Below, in pieces: positions 20,178 to 29,224 of a DNA stretch of 64,000 nucleotides. The stretch lies in the NCBI GenBank assembly GCA_937915175.1, contig CALDNA010000016.1, positions 54,956-118,955 of the forward strand. The letters run 5' to 3'. Position 1 is the first letter of the stretch, and each line of letters begins with the position of its first letter. This DNA comes from an uncultured euryarchaeote (GTDB lineage: Archaea; Thermoplasmatota; Poseidoniia; Poseidoniales; Poseidoniaceae). The notes beneath the pieces were generated by a model. The model was not told where the DNA came from and made no database searches. It saw only the letters and a program-made list of their open reading frames with translations. The position numbers and the translations under genes were made by a program.

Positions 20178-21724
20178 GGCCAACAGTTCAACTCGATGGT
20201 ACAACGCTCACGCCCGCAGAGGTTGAACGGATCTCCACAAACCATGCCGATGTGAGTATTTCCGAGGCAGCATGGCAGCGGGTCAATGTAGCTCGAGATG
20301 TGGTCGAAGGCATCCTAGAGCGTGGAGAAACCGTGTACGGAATTAACACGGGGTTCGGCGCTCTTGTCCACCAACGTATTTCACCCGATGATTTGGCAAC
20401 GCTCCAAACAAACCTGATTCGATCCCACGCAACTGGCTTAGGCGAGCCAATGACTCGAGCCTCGGTTCGAGCAATGATGGTGGTGCGAATCAACTCCCTT
20501 GTGAAGGGTCACTCCGGTGTTCACCCTGAAGTTCTGGAACAACTCGTTTCTTTCTTGAATCACGACATCGTCCCCCATGTACCCCGAATTGGTAGTTTGG
20601 GTGCGAGCGGTGACCTTGCACCTTTGTCGCACATGGCCCTTGCACTGCTTGGTGAAGGGGAGGTTTTGTCAGAACAAGGCCAAGCAATATCGACTAAGGA
20701 AGTTTTGACAGAAAAAGGCATGATTGGGATAAAATTGCGTGCCAAAGACGGCCTCTCGTTGATCAATGGGACGAGCCAAATGTTGGCCTTCATGACGCTT
20801 GCCGAACGACGCCTCAACGCTCTCATGCCCTTGGCAGATCTAATTTTATGCACTTCGATGGAAGCGAGAAAAGCAAGCGTCAAGCCATCGGATGACCGTG
20901 TCCATCAAGCACGACCTCATCCCGGTCAACGCCTTGTTGCGGAACGGATCAGAACCATCATGGCTCATTCCCCCATTCTGGCGTCTCATGCAGACTGCGA
21001 TCGCGTTCAGGATGCATACTCCTTCCGTTGCGCACCTCAAGTCCATGGGGCAGTCTTACAACGGTACCATTCTCTCGTAGAGACACTCGAAATTGAACTC
21101 AACAGCGCTACGGATAACCCACTCATTTTCCCAGATCCACAGAACCCAGGGCCACATGAAGTGATTTCCCAAGGAAATTTCCATGGCGAAGTGATTGCCC
21201 TAGCTGCAGATTCCATGAGCGCTGCATTGTTTGAATTGGGCTCGATTTCTGAGCGAAGAATAGACCAAATGTTGGACCCGGCTCGCAGTGAATTGCCGGC
21301 ATTTTTGGCTCAAAACTCAGGGCTTGAATCAGGGTTGATGATCGTTCAATACGTCGCAGGGGCCTCACTTGCAGAACTGCACGGCCATGTCATGCCCCGT
21401 GCCGCATTTTCGACCAGTACATCGGCAGGTCAAGAAGACCATGTGAGCATGGGGGCAACCGCTGCATGGAACCTTCTGGAAGCAACAAAACGGCTCTCTG
21501 AAGTGTTGGCTTGTGAACTGTTTGTAGCGTGTGAAGCGCTTGAATGTGAAGAAACAGAACCGGCTCCCTTTGTTGCAGCTCTTAAGCAGCGCGTCCGGAC
21601 GATTGCAAAACCACTCACTGGTGACCGAAGCACAAGCAAGGAATTAATTTCGATTGCCGAGGAACTCTGTGATGGTGCATGGTTGGCCAGAATTGAAGCA
21701 GAACTGGGCCGAATACCACGTTAA
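20174..21724 (+). CDS. hutH: Histidine ammonia-lyase
   Basis: YGINTGFG, GASGDLAPL (MIO-forming ASG), QDAYSFRC, GNFHG and QEDHVSMG motifs. Confidence 0.95.
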   Translation: MRPTVQLDGTTLTPAEVERISTNHADVSISEAAWQRVNVARDVVEGILERGETVYGINTGFGALVHQRISPDDLATLQTNLIRSHATGLGEPMTRASVRAMMVVRINSLVKGHSGVHPEVLEQLVSFLNHDIVPHVPRIGSLGASGDLAPLSHMALALLGEGEVLSEQGQAISTKEVLTEKGMIGIKLRAKDGLSLINGTSQMLAFMTLAERRLNALMPLADLILCTSMEARKASVKPSDDRVHQARPHPGQRLVAERIRTIMAHSPILASHADCDRVQDAYSFRCAPQVHGAVLQRYHSLVETLEIELNSATDNPLIFPDPQNPGPHEVISQGNFHGEVIALAADSMSAALFELGSISERRIDQMLDPARSELPAFLAQNSGLESGLMIVQYVAGASLAELHGHVMPRAAFSTSTSAGQEDHVSMGATAAWNLLEATKRLSEVLACELFVACEALECEETEPAPFVAALKQRVRTIAKPLTGDRSTSKELISIAEELCDGAWLARIEAELGRIPR

Positions 21725-22611
21725 AGTGCGTCGATAAGGGCCTTGACCTGATCAAAACCGGTAAGTTGGCGTATTCGGAACTTCGCAGTGGTGAGTTCAC
21801 TCGCACTCAACGATTCGCTGCATGAGTCAATTTGACGTTCAAGCTCAACAGCTGTTCGCACCTTTGACTCGATGGATGCATACAATTCAAAGCCCTCATG
21901 ATCGTTGAGGTAGAGTGCTGGCTCGACTTCGGAAACATCCAAACCCATTCTCCTCCATTGCAAAATACGTTTGCGCAGGAGTTGCTTCGTGAACCCGTTT
22001 TTAGGAAGCCGGTTCAGCATGACAAGAGCAGGCAAGCCTTCTTCGGTAACAGGGAGGGTTTCAATCGGTTCCATTTCCGGTTCTTCAGATTCGAGTTCCA
22101 TCATTGGTTCCAGTTGCTCATGGATGTAGGACATCAATGGGGCCTCCCTTCTGAAACGAGCCAGCCAAATGGAATTGAATGCGAGAGGATCGATAGGGAG
22201 AATGAGGGTCCATTGGGTGCGGTGAAGATCGTCGCGTAGCGTCCGAATGTAATTGAGTACTGTTGTTTCACCGTGCAGTGTCACCAGCCATTCGAGGCCC
22301 TCAATCACAAGTATCCCATGATGGTTGGAGATTCTGGTGTGAATGAGCGCGTGGAGTTCGTCAAGGTCTGGCGCCACATGGGCTTGCCCAACTCGATGAG
22401 TCATCCAATATGTTTCCACTTTCGATATGTCAATTTGATTCAAAAGCCTGCGATGTGGCAATCTTGAAACGAATACGATGTGCTCATTGCTGGTTTGGCC
22501 CAAGTGGTCAACCCACTCGAAAAGAGATTTCTTAGCATCCATTTCACAACTGAAAAGCTGACCTTTTGTGACGGAATCACTTCCGTTGAACGCCTCCCGC
22601 AACTGCTCCAT
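21721..22611 (-). CDS. DUF835-like (inactive RecA/KaiC-fold) protein
   Basis: 'FVSR..P', 'YWMT' and 'LVIEGLEWL' pattern typical of DUF835; helical C-terminal extension. Confidence 0.6.
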   Translation of the reverse strand: MEQLREAFNGSDSVTKGQLFSCEMDAKKSLFEWVDHLGQTSNEHIVFVSRLPHRRLLNQIDISKVETYWMTHRVGQAHVAPDLDELHALIHTRISNHHGILVIEGLEWLVTLHGETTVLNYIRTLRDDLHRTQWTLILPIDPLAFNSIWLARFRREAPLMSYIHEQLEPMMELESEEPEMEPIETLPVTEEGLPALVMLNRLPKNGFTKQLLRKRILQWRRMGLDVSEVEPALYLNDHEGFELYASIESKVRTAVELERQIDSCSESLSASELTTAKFRIRQLTGFDQVKALIDAL

Positions 22612-22682
22612 TGGTACGGGTAACCGTTGAAAGACTATGAATCATTATATCCGTTGTTGTCATCGGTTAGATAGGTGTGCCT

Positions 22683-24515
22683 ATGACTGAAGACAAGACT
22701 GATGAAGTTGCCACAGGCGAATGTGGTGCTTGTCGAGCCGTTATCCCAATCGATTCTGAAGTATGCCCCGAGTGCAATATCTCCTTTTCCGGCGTCTCTG
22801 ATGAGGCACTGGGTGAATGTGGCGCTTGCCATGGTCTTGTCCCTCTCGATTCTACCAAGTGCACCCACTGTGGAACTGTCTTCATTGCAGATGATGTCGT
22901 TGATGTGTTGAGAAATTGGCTTGCTACAACCGGAATTACAATTCCAATGTTGTTCAAGAAATTTGACACCGATGGAGACGGGCAAATTGATTCCAGTGAA
23001 TTGAAAACTGGTTTGCTCAGTTTGAACCTCGCAGACCTCCCCCCTTCTCAAGTTGAACGATTGATTGAGACCATCGATTCAGATGGAGATGGACGTCTAG
23101 ACCTTGCCGAATTGCACGCAACGATCACTGGCGAAGAACTCACTGAAAGCGAACTCGAAACGCTCTCTTCTGATTCCAATAACGAAGAATCCACAAAAGA
23201 AGCGGAAGATGAAGCATCTGAAACCGACGAACAAATCGATGTGGATAACGAAGAACCTTCGGAAGGGGACGAAGAAGAATCATCCGAAGAAGATTCCATT
23301 GAAGAAGAATCTGATGAGGAAAGTACAGAGCATATCGAAGAAGACTCGACTGAAGAAGAACCCGAAGAAGTTGATTCAGAGGAAGAAGAAGCGTTGGAAG
23401 ACGATCTTGAACTCGGTGTGGGTGATGAAGACGAAGCAGAAAGCATACCTCTCATTCGAAGAATTGCCGATGCAATGGATGAAGAAGGAACTTCGCCCAA
23501 TTATTTCTTCTCTCATCTCGATCGAGATGCTGACGGTGCCGCAGATGTCAGTGAACTCACAAACGCGTTGAAGGGATTGCTGGACGACGAAGTTTCTTAC
23601 GATGAAATTGAACAGTTCCTTGTCGATGTTGATGGAGATGGGGATCGAAGAATCGACATGTTTGAATTCATAATCGCTCTTGAAGCACTCGATGATGCTG
23701 ACGAAGCATTGGAGGAAGATGATGGTGGGGAAACCGAAAAACCATTCCCTACGAAGTTGCAAAAAAGCATGATGGGCAAGCAGTGGAATGACATTGTTTG
23801 GCCACTGATGCATCTGGCCTTTGGCCTGTTCATTGCTCTTTTGGTGCTCAATGCCTTCGGTGGAATCGGCCCGCTCTCTGTTGATGGAACAGGAGGTCTA
23901 GTGGAACTCGAAGTCAAGGGGACCCTCATTCATCAAGATGGATTCGAGAACGGGGATGTTTACCCTTGCGACCCCGAATATCAAGTGGGTGATTGTAAAA
24001 ACTCACTCACACCGTTTGCAGGAGAATCCTCATCAATGCCCGCTGGATTTTATTGGGATGGCATTCTATTCATGGTTCTTGGTACAGGCGCCCTCATTGG
24101 TAGCCTTTATGCGCACCTAATTCTCATGGCTACATGGAGAGCACGTTCCCGAGCCATGAAGGAAGTTTTAGACGATCAATCCGACGCCTCCGAGGAAGCC
24201 CCATCAGATAATGATGCGGCAGAAGATGACGATGAACATCAAGAAGATGATTCCATTGAAGAAGAAATGGATGAAGTTCTGGAAGAAAATTTCGAAGAAG
24301 ATGAACTTGGTGAAGATGAAGATTCTGAAGAAAAATCCGAGGGCGATCCAGACGAAGAAATCGACATTGGTTCCCGCATTGGATTATCGCTTGAGGATGA
24401 AGAAGTCTACGGAAAAATCATTGAGTTTGACGATGATGAAGGAACCGTGACCATCAAAGAAGATGGCAGCGGTGAAGAAATCACAGGCTACCAAGACGAT
24501 ATTTTCTTGGAGTGA
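22683..24515 (+). CDS. Membrane protein with double Zn ribbon, two EF-hand pairs and acidic tracts
   Basis: Four CxxC motifs; EF-hand loops DTDGDGQIDSSE, DSDGDGRLDLAE, DRDADGAADVSE, DGDGDRRIDMFE; two hydrophobic segments. Confidence 0.8.
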   Translation: MTEDKTDEVATGECGACRAVIPIDSEVCPECNISFSGVSDEALGECGACHGLVPLDSTKCTHCGTVFIADDVVDVLRNWLATTGITIPMLFKKFDTDGDGQIDSSELKTGLLSLNLADLPPSQVERLIETIDSDGDGRLDLAELHATITGEELTESELETLSSDSNNEESTKEAEDEASETDEQIDVDNEEPSEGDEEESSEEDSIEEESDEESTEHIEEDSTEEEPEEVDSEEEEALEDDLELGVGDEDEAESIPLIRRIADAMDEEGTSPNYFFSHLDRDADGAADVSELTNALKGLLDDEVSYDEIEQFLVDVDGDGDRRIDMFEFIIALEALDDADEALEEDDGGETEKPFPTKLQKSMMGKQWNDIVWPLMHLAFGLFIALLVLNAFGGIGPLSVDGTGGLVELEVKGTLIHQDGFENGDVYPCDPEYQVGDCKNSLTPFAGESSSMPAGFYWDGILFMVLGTGALIGSLYAHLILMATWRARSRAMKEVLDDQSDASEEAPSDNDAAEDDDEHQEDDSIEEEMDEVLEENFEEDELGEDEDSEEKSEGDPDEEIDIGSRIGLSLEDEEVYGKIIEFDDDEGTVTIKEDGSGEEITGYQDDIFLE

Positions 24516-24519
24516 TTGA

Positions 24520-24894
24520 ATGACTTCAGACCCGCTGACTGCTTATGCGGGTCTCGCAGCATGCCCAAATTGCGGCTGCTTAGAACGGAAAGGCACTGTG
24601 CGGTGCGCTGAATGTGGCACGTTCCATGCTGGAATCCACATGGATGAACGTAAAGATCCGATTCCAACTGTGGCGCCTGCCGAGCGCGCACCAATTGATC
24701 CATCTGCTTACTCCCTGTCAGGAGATCAAGCTGTTCCAGAAGAGTCATTCGAAGAGACCGAAGAAATCGTAAATTGGGAGGGAGGTTCTTCCGATTTCAC
24801 AATGGAAGAAGGAGACGAACCTCCACTCGCTCGCGTCGATCCGGACGACCTGGAGTTTCCAGAACCGGAAGACCTCAGTTCCATTGAGGATTAG
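24520..24894 (+). CDS. Small Zn-ribbon acidic protein
   Basis: CPNCG...CAECG plus acidic tail; 4 bp downstream of the previous gene. Confidence 0.7.
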   Translation: MTSDPLTAYAGLAACPNCGCLERKGTVRCAECGTFHAGIHMDERKDPIPTVAPAERAPIDPSAYSLSGDQAVPEESFEETEEIVNWEGGSSDFTMEEGDEPPLARVDPDDLEFPEPEDLSSIED

Positions 24895-24977
24895 TTTCTT
24901 ATCTTATGAAAGTTGATTGTATTAAGTGCCTCTCAGGGGTCAAATAAATACAACTCATAGGTTGTTTGATTTATTCC

Positions 24978-25053
24978 TGGTGGGCTCGGAGAGAATTGAA
25001 CTCTCGATCTTCGCCATGTCAAGGCGACGTCATAACCCCTAGACCACGAGCCC
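24978..25053 (-). tRNA. tRNA-Val (GAC), CCA encoded
   Basis: Reverse complement reads GGGCTCGTGGTCTAGGGGTTATGACGTCGCCTTGACATGGCGAAGATCGAGAGTTCAATTCTCTCCGAGCCCACCA: acceptor stem GGGCTCG/CGAGCCC, anticodon arm TCGCC-TTGACAT-GGCGA, T-loop TTCAAT. Confidence 0.96.
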
Positions 25054-25080
25054 CTAGGTAATTTGTCCTGCGAACAGGTG

Positions 25081-25087
25081 TATTAAA
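25081..25087 (-). promoter_or_regulatory. Putative TATA box of tRNA-Val (TTTAATA)
   Basis: TTTAATA on the minus strand about 28-34 nt upstream of the mature tRNA 5' end. Confidence 0.55.
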
Positions 25088-25111
25088 TCGCATCGGTGAA
25101 AACGCATCGAT

Positions 25112-25264
25112 TCAACTAACGATTTTAGAAATCTTTCCAGTGCAGCCTGCTTGGGAGCAAAACCCAGCCATGCGCGTTCTGCCATTTTTCATCTTGATCA
25201 ATTGACCATCTTTGATGGGTCCATATGTTTTGCATTTCAAACAAAAACCTTCGACAGCTGCCAT
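25112..25264 (-). CDS. Small DUF5679-like Zn-ribbon protein
   Basis: 50 aa, MAAVEGFCLKCK...MKNGR...GFC...C pattern. Confidence 0.65.
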   Translation of the reverse strand: MAAVEGFCLKCKTYGPIKDGQLIKMKNGRTRMAGFCSQAGCTGKISKIVS

Positions 25265-25488
25265 GTGACTCACGCTCTGGTGGAGGGGACAATTCATAGA
25301 TGCTTCGTTATTGAATGTAGAAAATTTGGATTTGTCAATAATATGTCTATTTTGGGCTCCGAACCCCTCCTCGAAGGGCGGTATTTAGGAATAATTGAAA
25401 AAATTATGTCTTCGTATGGCAGTGAATGGAGTACTGCGGACTAGTTCTGCAAATCAGCCAGGATGCATCTTATTCCAATTCACGGCCA

Positions 25489-25516
25489 ATGTCGTATAAC
25501 ATACATTATGCGACGT
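25489..25516. other. Putative dif (Xer recombination) site, 11-6-11 bp
   Basis: ATGTCGTATAA-CATACA-TTATGCGACGT. Arms are inverted repeats (9/11). The minus strand (ACGTCGCATAA TGTATG TTATACGACAT) shares the CGCATAA-TGTAT.-TTAT core of E. coli dif. Intergenic. Confidence 0.7.
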
Positions 25517-25550
25517 GCAGGGGGTGTGGAAAACACCACATTCGCCAACT

Positions 25551-25883
25551 TCACTCAGTTTGCAGATGCCGTGGGTCAATTTCGAACATACCAATCAATG
25601 GTGGGCCTGCGACAACCGACTCCAATCCACCATCCTTTGGATCCAGCACCTTCAGGACTTCATCGGATATTCTCTTCCAAGCTTGCCGATCGGAAAATAC
25701 GGTTTGAACCAAAACCATCTCGGTACCATCGGTGGAATTCCCAACCCAAGCGGCTAGGCATCCATCTTGTCGCCGCTTGAATGCTTGTCGCGTTTCCAAC
25801 ATTCGAAGAAATCGAGCACCCTTTCCTTTTGCCGCTCCACAGACAACGGTCTCAATGAATACCTTCTTGATTTTATGACTCAT
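25551..25883 (-). CDS. ABM/dimeric alpha-beta barrel-like protein
   Basis: 110 aa with a beta-alpha-beta-beta-alpha-beta pattern resembling the antibiotic biosynthesis monooxygenase fold. Confidence 0.5.
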   Translation of the reverse strand: MSHKIKKVFIETVVCGAAKGKGARFLRMLETRQAFKRRQDGCLAAWVGNSTDGTEMVLVQTVFSDRQAWKRISDEVLKVLDPKDGGLESVVAGPPLIGMFEIDPRHLQTE

Positions 25884-25937
25884 GGTGACTCAACTCTAAT
25901 TCCTTTATACACTGCATCAAAAACCATTAGTTGTTAT

Positions 25938-27209
25938 TCAGTGGTGGCTGAGTTTTCCATTTAGCATGGTGGCTCTAAACGGGGTAGTCCCGGGCGAGTT
26001 GCACCAGCTCTGCCACTGGTTGCCGTTGAGAACATTGAGGTTCGCAGCCGCACCAACTTGGAGGCGGCCGTGAACAACTCCGTCTGGATGAGGTGAAGTT
26101 TCGGATGGGTTGCGGCTCGATGCGACAAGTGCGGCAAGTGGATCAACGTTGTTTCGGTGAACCAATAAGGAACCGATGAATGGTAAACTGAGTATGTTGC
26201 AATTGGGATTAAAATCTGTAGCGACCGACCAGCAGTATTTTTTCTCAATGGCTTGGTTGAACGACGGCCAAGGTTCACCCATGGTGTATGGAGTTCCAGG
26301 GAGGAATCCAGTGTTCACACCTGCATCTTGCATGTTCATACGCGTGTCCAATGGAGTGTGGTGAGCGTGGTCGGCAGTCACAACGCCCAAATCGGCCGCG
26401 AGTTCTCCGCCACCACCGTCAACAAATTCGTCAATGTGAATTCGTTGGCGCAAACCACCAGACTTTGCTGAACGCAAAATGTCTTCACTCTCTTCGACAG
26501 TAAACCATCCTGGTTCGCAGAACACATCGGCTGCGTTGGCTAATCCTTGATCCAAAACCGCTGGCAATTGTTCACTTAGTATCTCTTCTACATATTCTGA
26601 ACGTGTAAGATTCACCGGCGTGTCATGGGCACCCAACCAAGTGAGTTCCATAGAAGGGAGGTGATTGATTGAGTGGAGGTGATTGGCTACCTCGAGCAAC
26701 AGCAATTCACGTTCTGTCGAAAGGCCATAGCCGCTTTTAGTTTCCATGTGGGTTGTTCCATTGAGAAGCGCCAGCCTCATGCGCTGATAGCCGAGTTGCA
26801 CCAAAGCATCCTTTGAGGCTGATGCAGTCTGACGAACAGTGTGTTGAATCCCTCCACCGTTTGCGGCAATCGCTTGGTATGTCATGCCCTTTTGTTTCAT
26901 GGTTATTTCATTCGAACGATCGCCTGCCCAGAGCAGATGATTGTGACCATCGACAAGCCCAGGAACGACTGCATTCCCGCCGAGTGAAACAATGGTAAGT
27001 TGTTCCGTGGACGCATTCGGTCCGCCATACTCTTCCATGAGTTGCGATGATTCCTCAATAGATTCGATTGTGCCATCATTTATCACAATCCCCTTTCCAG
27101 CAGGAGATGTTAGTAAATCATAGTTGGACATATCGGCCCCAATGAGCGGTCCATCACCAGAGAGATGGGCCAACGGGCCTAGGTCGAGTAAGACGGTCCG
27201 CATTGTCAT
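25938..27209 (-). CDS. hutI: Imidazolonepropionase
   Basis: PGLVDGHNH, GGGIQHTV, ETKSGYGL, DVFCEPG and ATDFNP motifs. Confidence 0.9.
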   Translation of the reverse strand: MTMRTVLLDLGPLAHLSGDGPLIGADMSNYDLLTSPAGKGIVINDGTIESIEESSQLMEEYGGPNASTEQLTIVSLGGNAVVPGLVDGHNHLLWAGDRSNEITMKQKGMTYQAIAANGGGIQHTVRQTASASKDALVQLGYQRMRLALLNGTTHMETKSGYGLSTERELLLLEVANHLHSINHLPSMELTWLGAHDTPVNLTRSEYVEEILSEQLPAVLDQGLANAADVFCEPGWFTVEESEDILRSAKSGGLRQRIHIDEFVDGGGGELAADLGVVTADHAHHTPLDTRMNMQDAGVNTGFLPGTPYTMGEPWPSFNQAIEKKYCWSVATDFNPNCNILSLPFIGSLLVHRNNVDPLAALVASSRNPSETSPHPDGVVHGRLQVGAAANLNVLNGNQWQSWCNSPGTTPFRATMLNGKLSHH

Positions 27210-27248
27210 ATGGTAGGGCTGAGGGTTGAAGAACAATGGCACTTAGTC

Positions 27249-28271
27249 ATGACCATGGCGGGGACCTGGACACTGGGCATTGAGTCCACAGCACACACCC
27301 TCTCTTTTGGGTTGGTCGATTCAAAAGGCGCACCCAGCCCAGCAAGTTCCTCGACTGTTCGCCCTGACGAAGGGGGTATTCATCCGCGTCAGGCCGCCGA
27401 TCACCACAAAGATGCGGCTTCGTCGTTGTTTGACAAGCTCCTAGAAACGAACGAAATCACGCCTTCCGACATCGGGGCAATCGCATACTCACAAGGCCCC
27501 GGCCTTGGCCCGTGCCTCAGGGTAGGTGCGGCAATTGCAAGGGGCCTTTCCAGCCGATTAGCAGTGCCTCTGATTGGTGTGAATCATTGCGTCGCACACA
27601 TAGAAATCGGGCGCCAGCAGTGCGGTTGTCAAGACCCCATTTTACTGTACGTATCAGGGGGAAATACGCAAGTGATAGCGCACTTAGACGGGCGTTACCG
27701 GGTGCTCGGCGAAACCCTCGACATCGGCATTGGCAACATGTTGGATAAGTTTGCACGTGGTCAAGGTATCCCTTTTCCTGGCGGTCCCGTGATTGAAAAA
27801 CTTGCATCGGAGTGGCTCGCCGAAAACACAGGTGCCAGCCTTGTTGGACTTGAACTGCCCTTCGCCGTTCGAGGTATGGATTTGGCGTTCTCCGGCGTAA
27901 TGACTGCGGCACAACGCCTATTGGATAATGGAGCCGATTTAGGTGCGGTGTGCTGGTCGCTCCAAGAACATGCATTTGCTGCCTGCGTTGAGATTGCTGA
28001 GCGCGCACTTGCCCACACCGGTAAAACTGAACTGTTGCTTGGTGGTGGCGTAGCCTGCAACACCAGATTGCGCGAAATGTGCACACTGATGGCGGAAGAA
28101 CGCGAAGCAACCTCTCACGCCCCGCCCCGGATGTATTGCATCGATAACGGTTCAATGATTGCTCTTTTGGGCCATATTGAATTGAATCATGGGCGGACGA
28201 CAACCTATGAGCAAAGTGCTGTAGATCAGTACCTTCGAACCGATCAAACACCCGTGACATGGGCGGTTTAA
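27249..28271 (+). CDS. kae1: tRNA N6-threonylcarbamoyltransferase Kae1 (not fused to Bud32)
   Basis: LGIESTAHT, GGIHP, GPGLGPCL, VNHCVAH, SGGNTQ, GGVACN and DNG motifs. Confidence 0.93.
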   Translation: MTMAGTWTLGIESTAHTLSFGLVDSKGAPSPASSSTVRPDEGGIHPRQAADHHKDAASSLFDKLLETNEITPSDIGAIAYSQGPGLGPCLRVGAAIARGLSSRLAVPLIGVNHCVAHIEIGRQQCGCQDPILLYVSGGNTQVIAHLDGRYRVLGETLDIGIGNMLDKFARGQGIPFPGGPVIEKLASEWLAENTGASLVGLELPFAVRGMDLAFSGVMTAAQRLLDNGADLGAVCWSLQEHAFAACVEIAERALAHTGKTELLLGGGVACNTRLREMCTLMAEEREATSHAPPRMYCIDNGSMIALLGHIELNHGRTTTYEQSAVDQYLRTDQTPVTWAV

Positions 28272-28458
28272 CAGTCCAAAACTACACTCATGGTTTTTAT
28301 ACGGTCACAAGCGGGACAAAGCGGGGGCCACCAACATTAGCGAGCGCAGCGGAAGGAAAAAGCGGGACGAACCGTTCAATCCGTTCGCACCGAATGCTTC
28401 CGCTCAACGCAATAAGCGGCAAACCGATCGCAAAGCCACCGAACGGCGTGCAGCCCCT

Positions 28459-29220
28459 GTGCGACCCGCAACACCTCAAGCCGAATCCACCGATGGCATG
28501 TCGGAATTGGCCAAAAAACAAAAAGAAGCCATGGAGAGAATGAAGCGACAATCCGGCGGGTCTTCAAAAGCACAACAAACCTCTCCTGGCCCTGATAAGA
28601 GCTCCCCCACAATGACAAACTCCGTAGCACAAAAAGCCCCTGCACAACCGCAGGTGTCCCACGAAGATCGGATGGCCGAACTACGTAGGAAATCTGAGAT
28701 CTCCCGCCAAAATGCCAAGGCCAAAGTCAAGGCAAACTCAGAACCGGCAGCTGAAACAGTAGAGGCTGAACCCGTGACGGTCGCTGATCCCGTGTTGGTC
28801 AGCGTCGAATCCATCGCTCCAACTGCAGTGGCGACTCCCGCCACTTCTAACGCCGATGAAGCGGCTGCAAAAAACGTCTTCAAAAACGTCGTTGTAACGG
28901 TTGCAAAAACATCCAGCGACCGTCGAAGGAAACGCCGACGCCACGACAAAAAAGGTGGCGGCCGACAAAAGCAAGAGAAGAAATTGAACCGTCAAAAGTA
29001 CTTGGAATACAAGTATGCGGCAAGAGATATCTTGGACAACCCGAACATCCCAGAAGAACATCGTTCCAACATCCTTGGACAAGTCTGGGCAAAGGGTGAG
29101 CGAATGGGCGTGGTTGATTCAATGGAATTCATTGATCAGAAGGTCCTCGAAGAGATTCTTCCCGAAGCCGTGGCTCAGCGACTTCGTGATTTAGTCAATA
29201 AAATGACAACAAGAAGGTGA
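28459..29220 (+). CDS. Conserved-looking hypothetical protein, basic/low-complexity N-terminus and helical C-terminal domain
   Basis: Long ORF co-oriented with slyD. The frame stays open upstream to an ATT at 28336, so the start is uncertain. Confidence 0.7.
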   Translation: MRPATPQAESTDGMSELAKKQKEAMERMKRQSGGSSKAQQTSPGPDKSSPTMTNSVAQKAPAQPQVSHEDRMAELRRKSEISRQNAKAKVKANSEPAAETVEAEPVTVADPVLVSVESIAPTAVATPATSNADEAAAKNVFKNVVVTVAKTSSDRRRKRRRHDKKGGGRQKQEKKLNRQKYLEYKYAARDILDNPNIPEEHRSNILGQVWAKGERMGVVDSMEFIDQKVLEEILPEAVAQRLRDLVNKMTTRR

Positions 29221-29224
29221 ATAT

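Noticed and set aside
24978..25550. Integrated element at tRNA-Val (TGGGCTCCGA near 25353 resembles the tRNA 3' end)
   Set aside because: The match is only about 9 of 10 bases, lies on the 5' side of the tRNA gene, and no integrase or foreign gene block is present.
27517..28260. 247-aa minus-strand ORF
   Set aside because: Antisense shadow of kae1 with no recognisable motifs.
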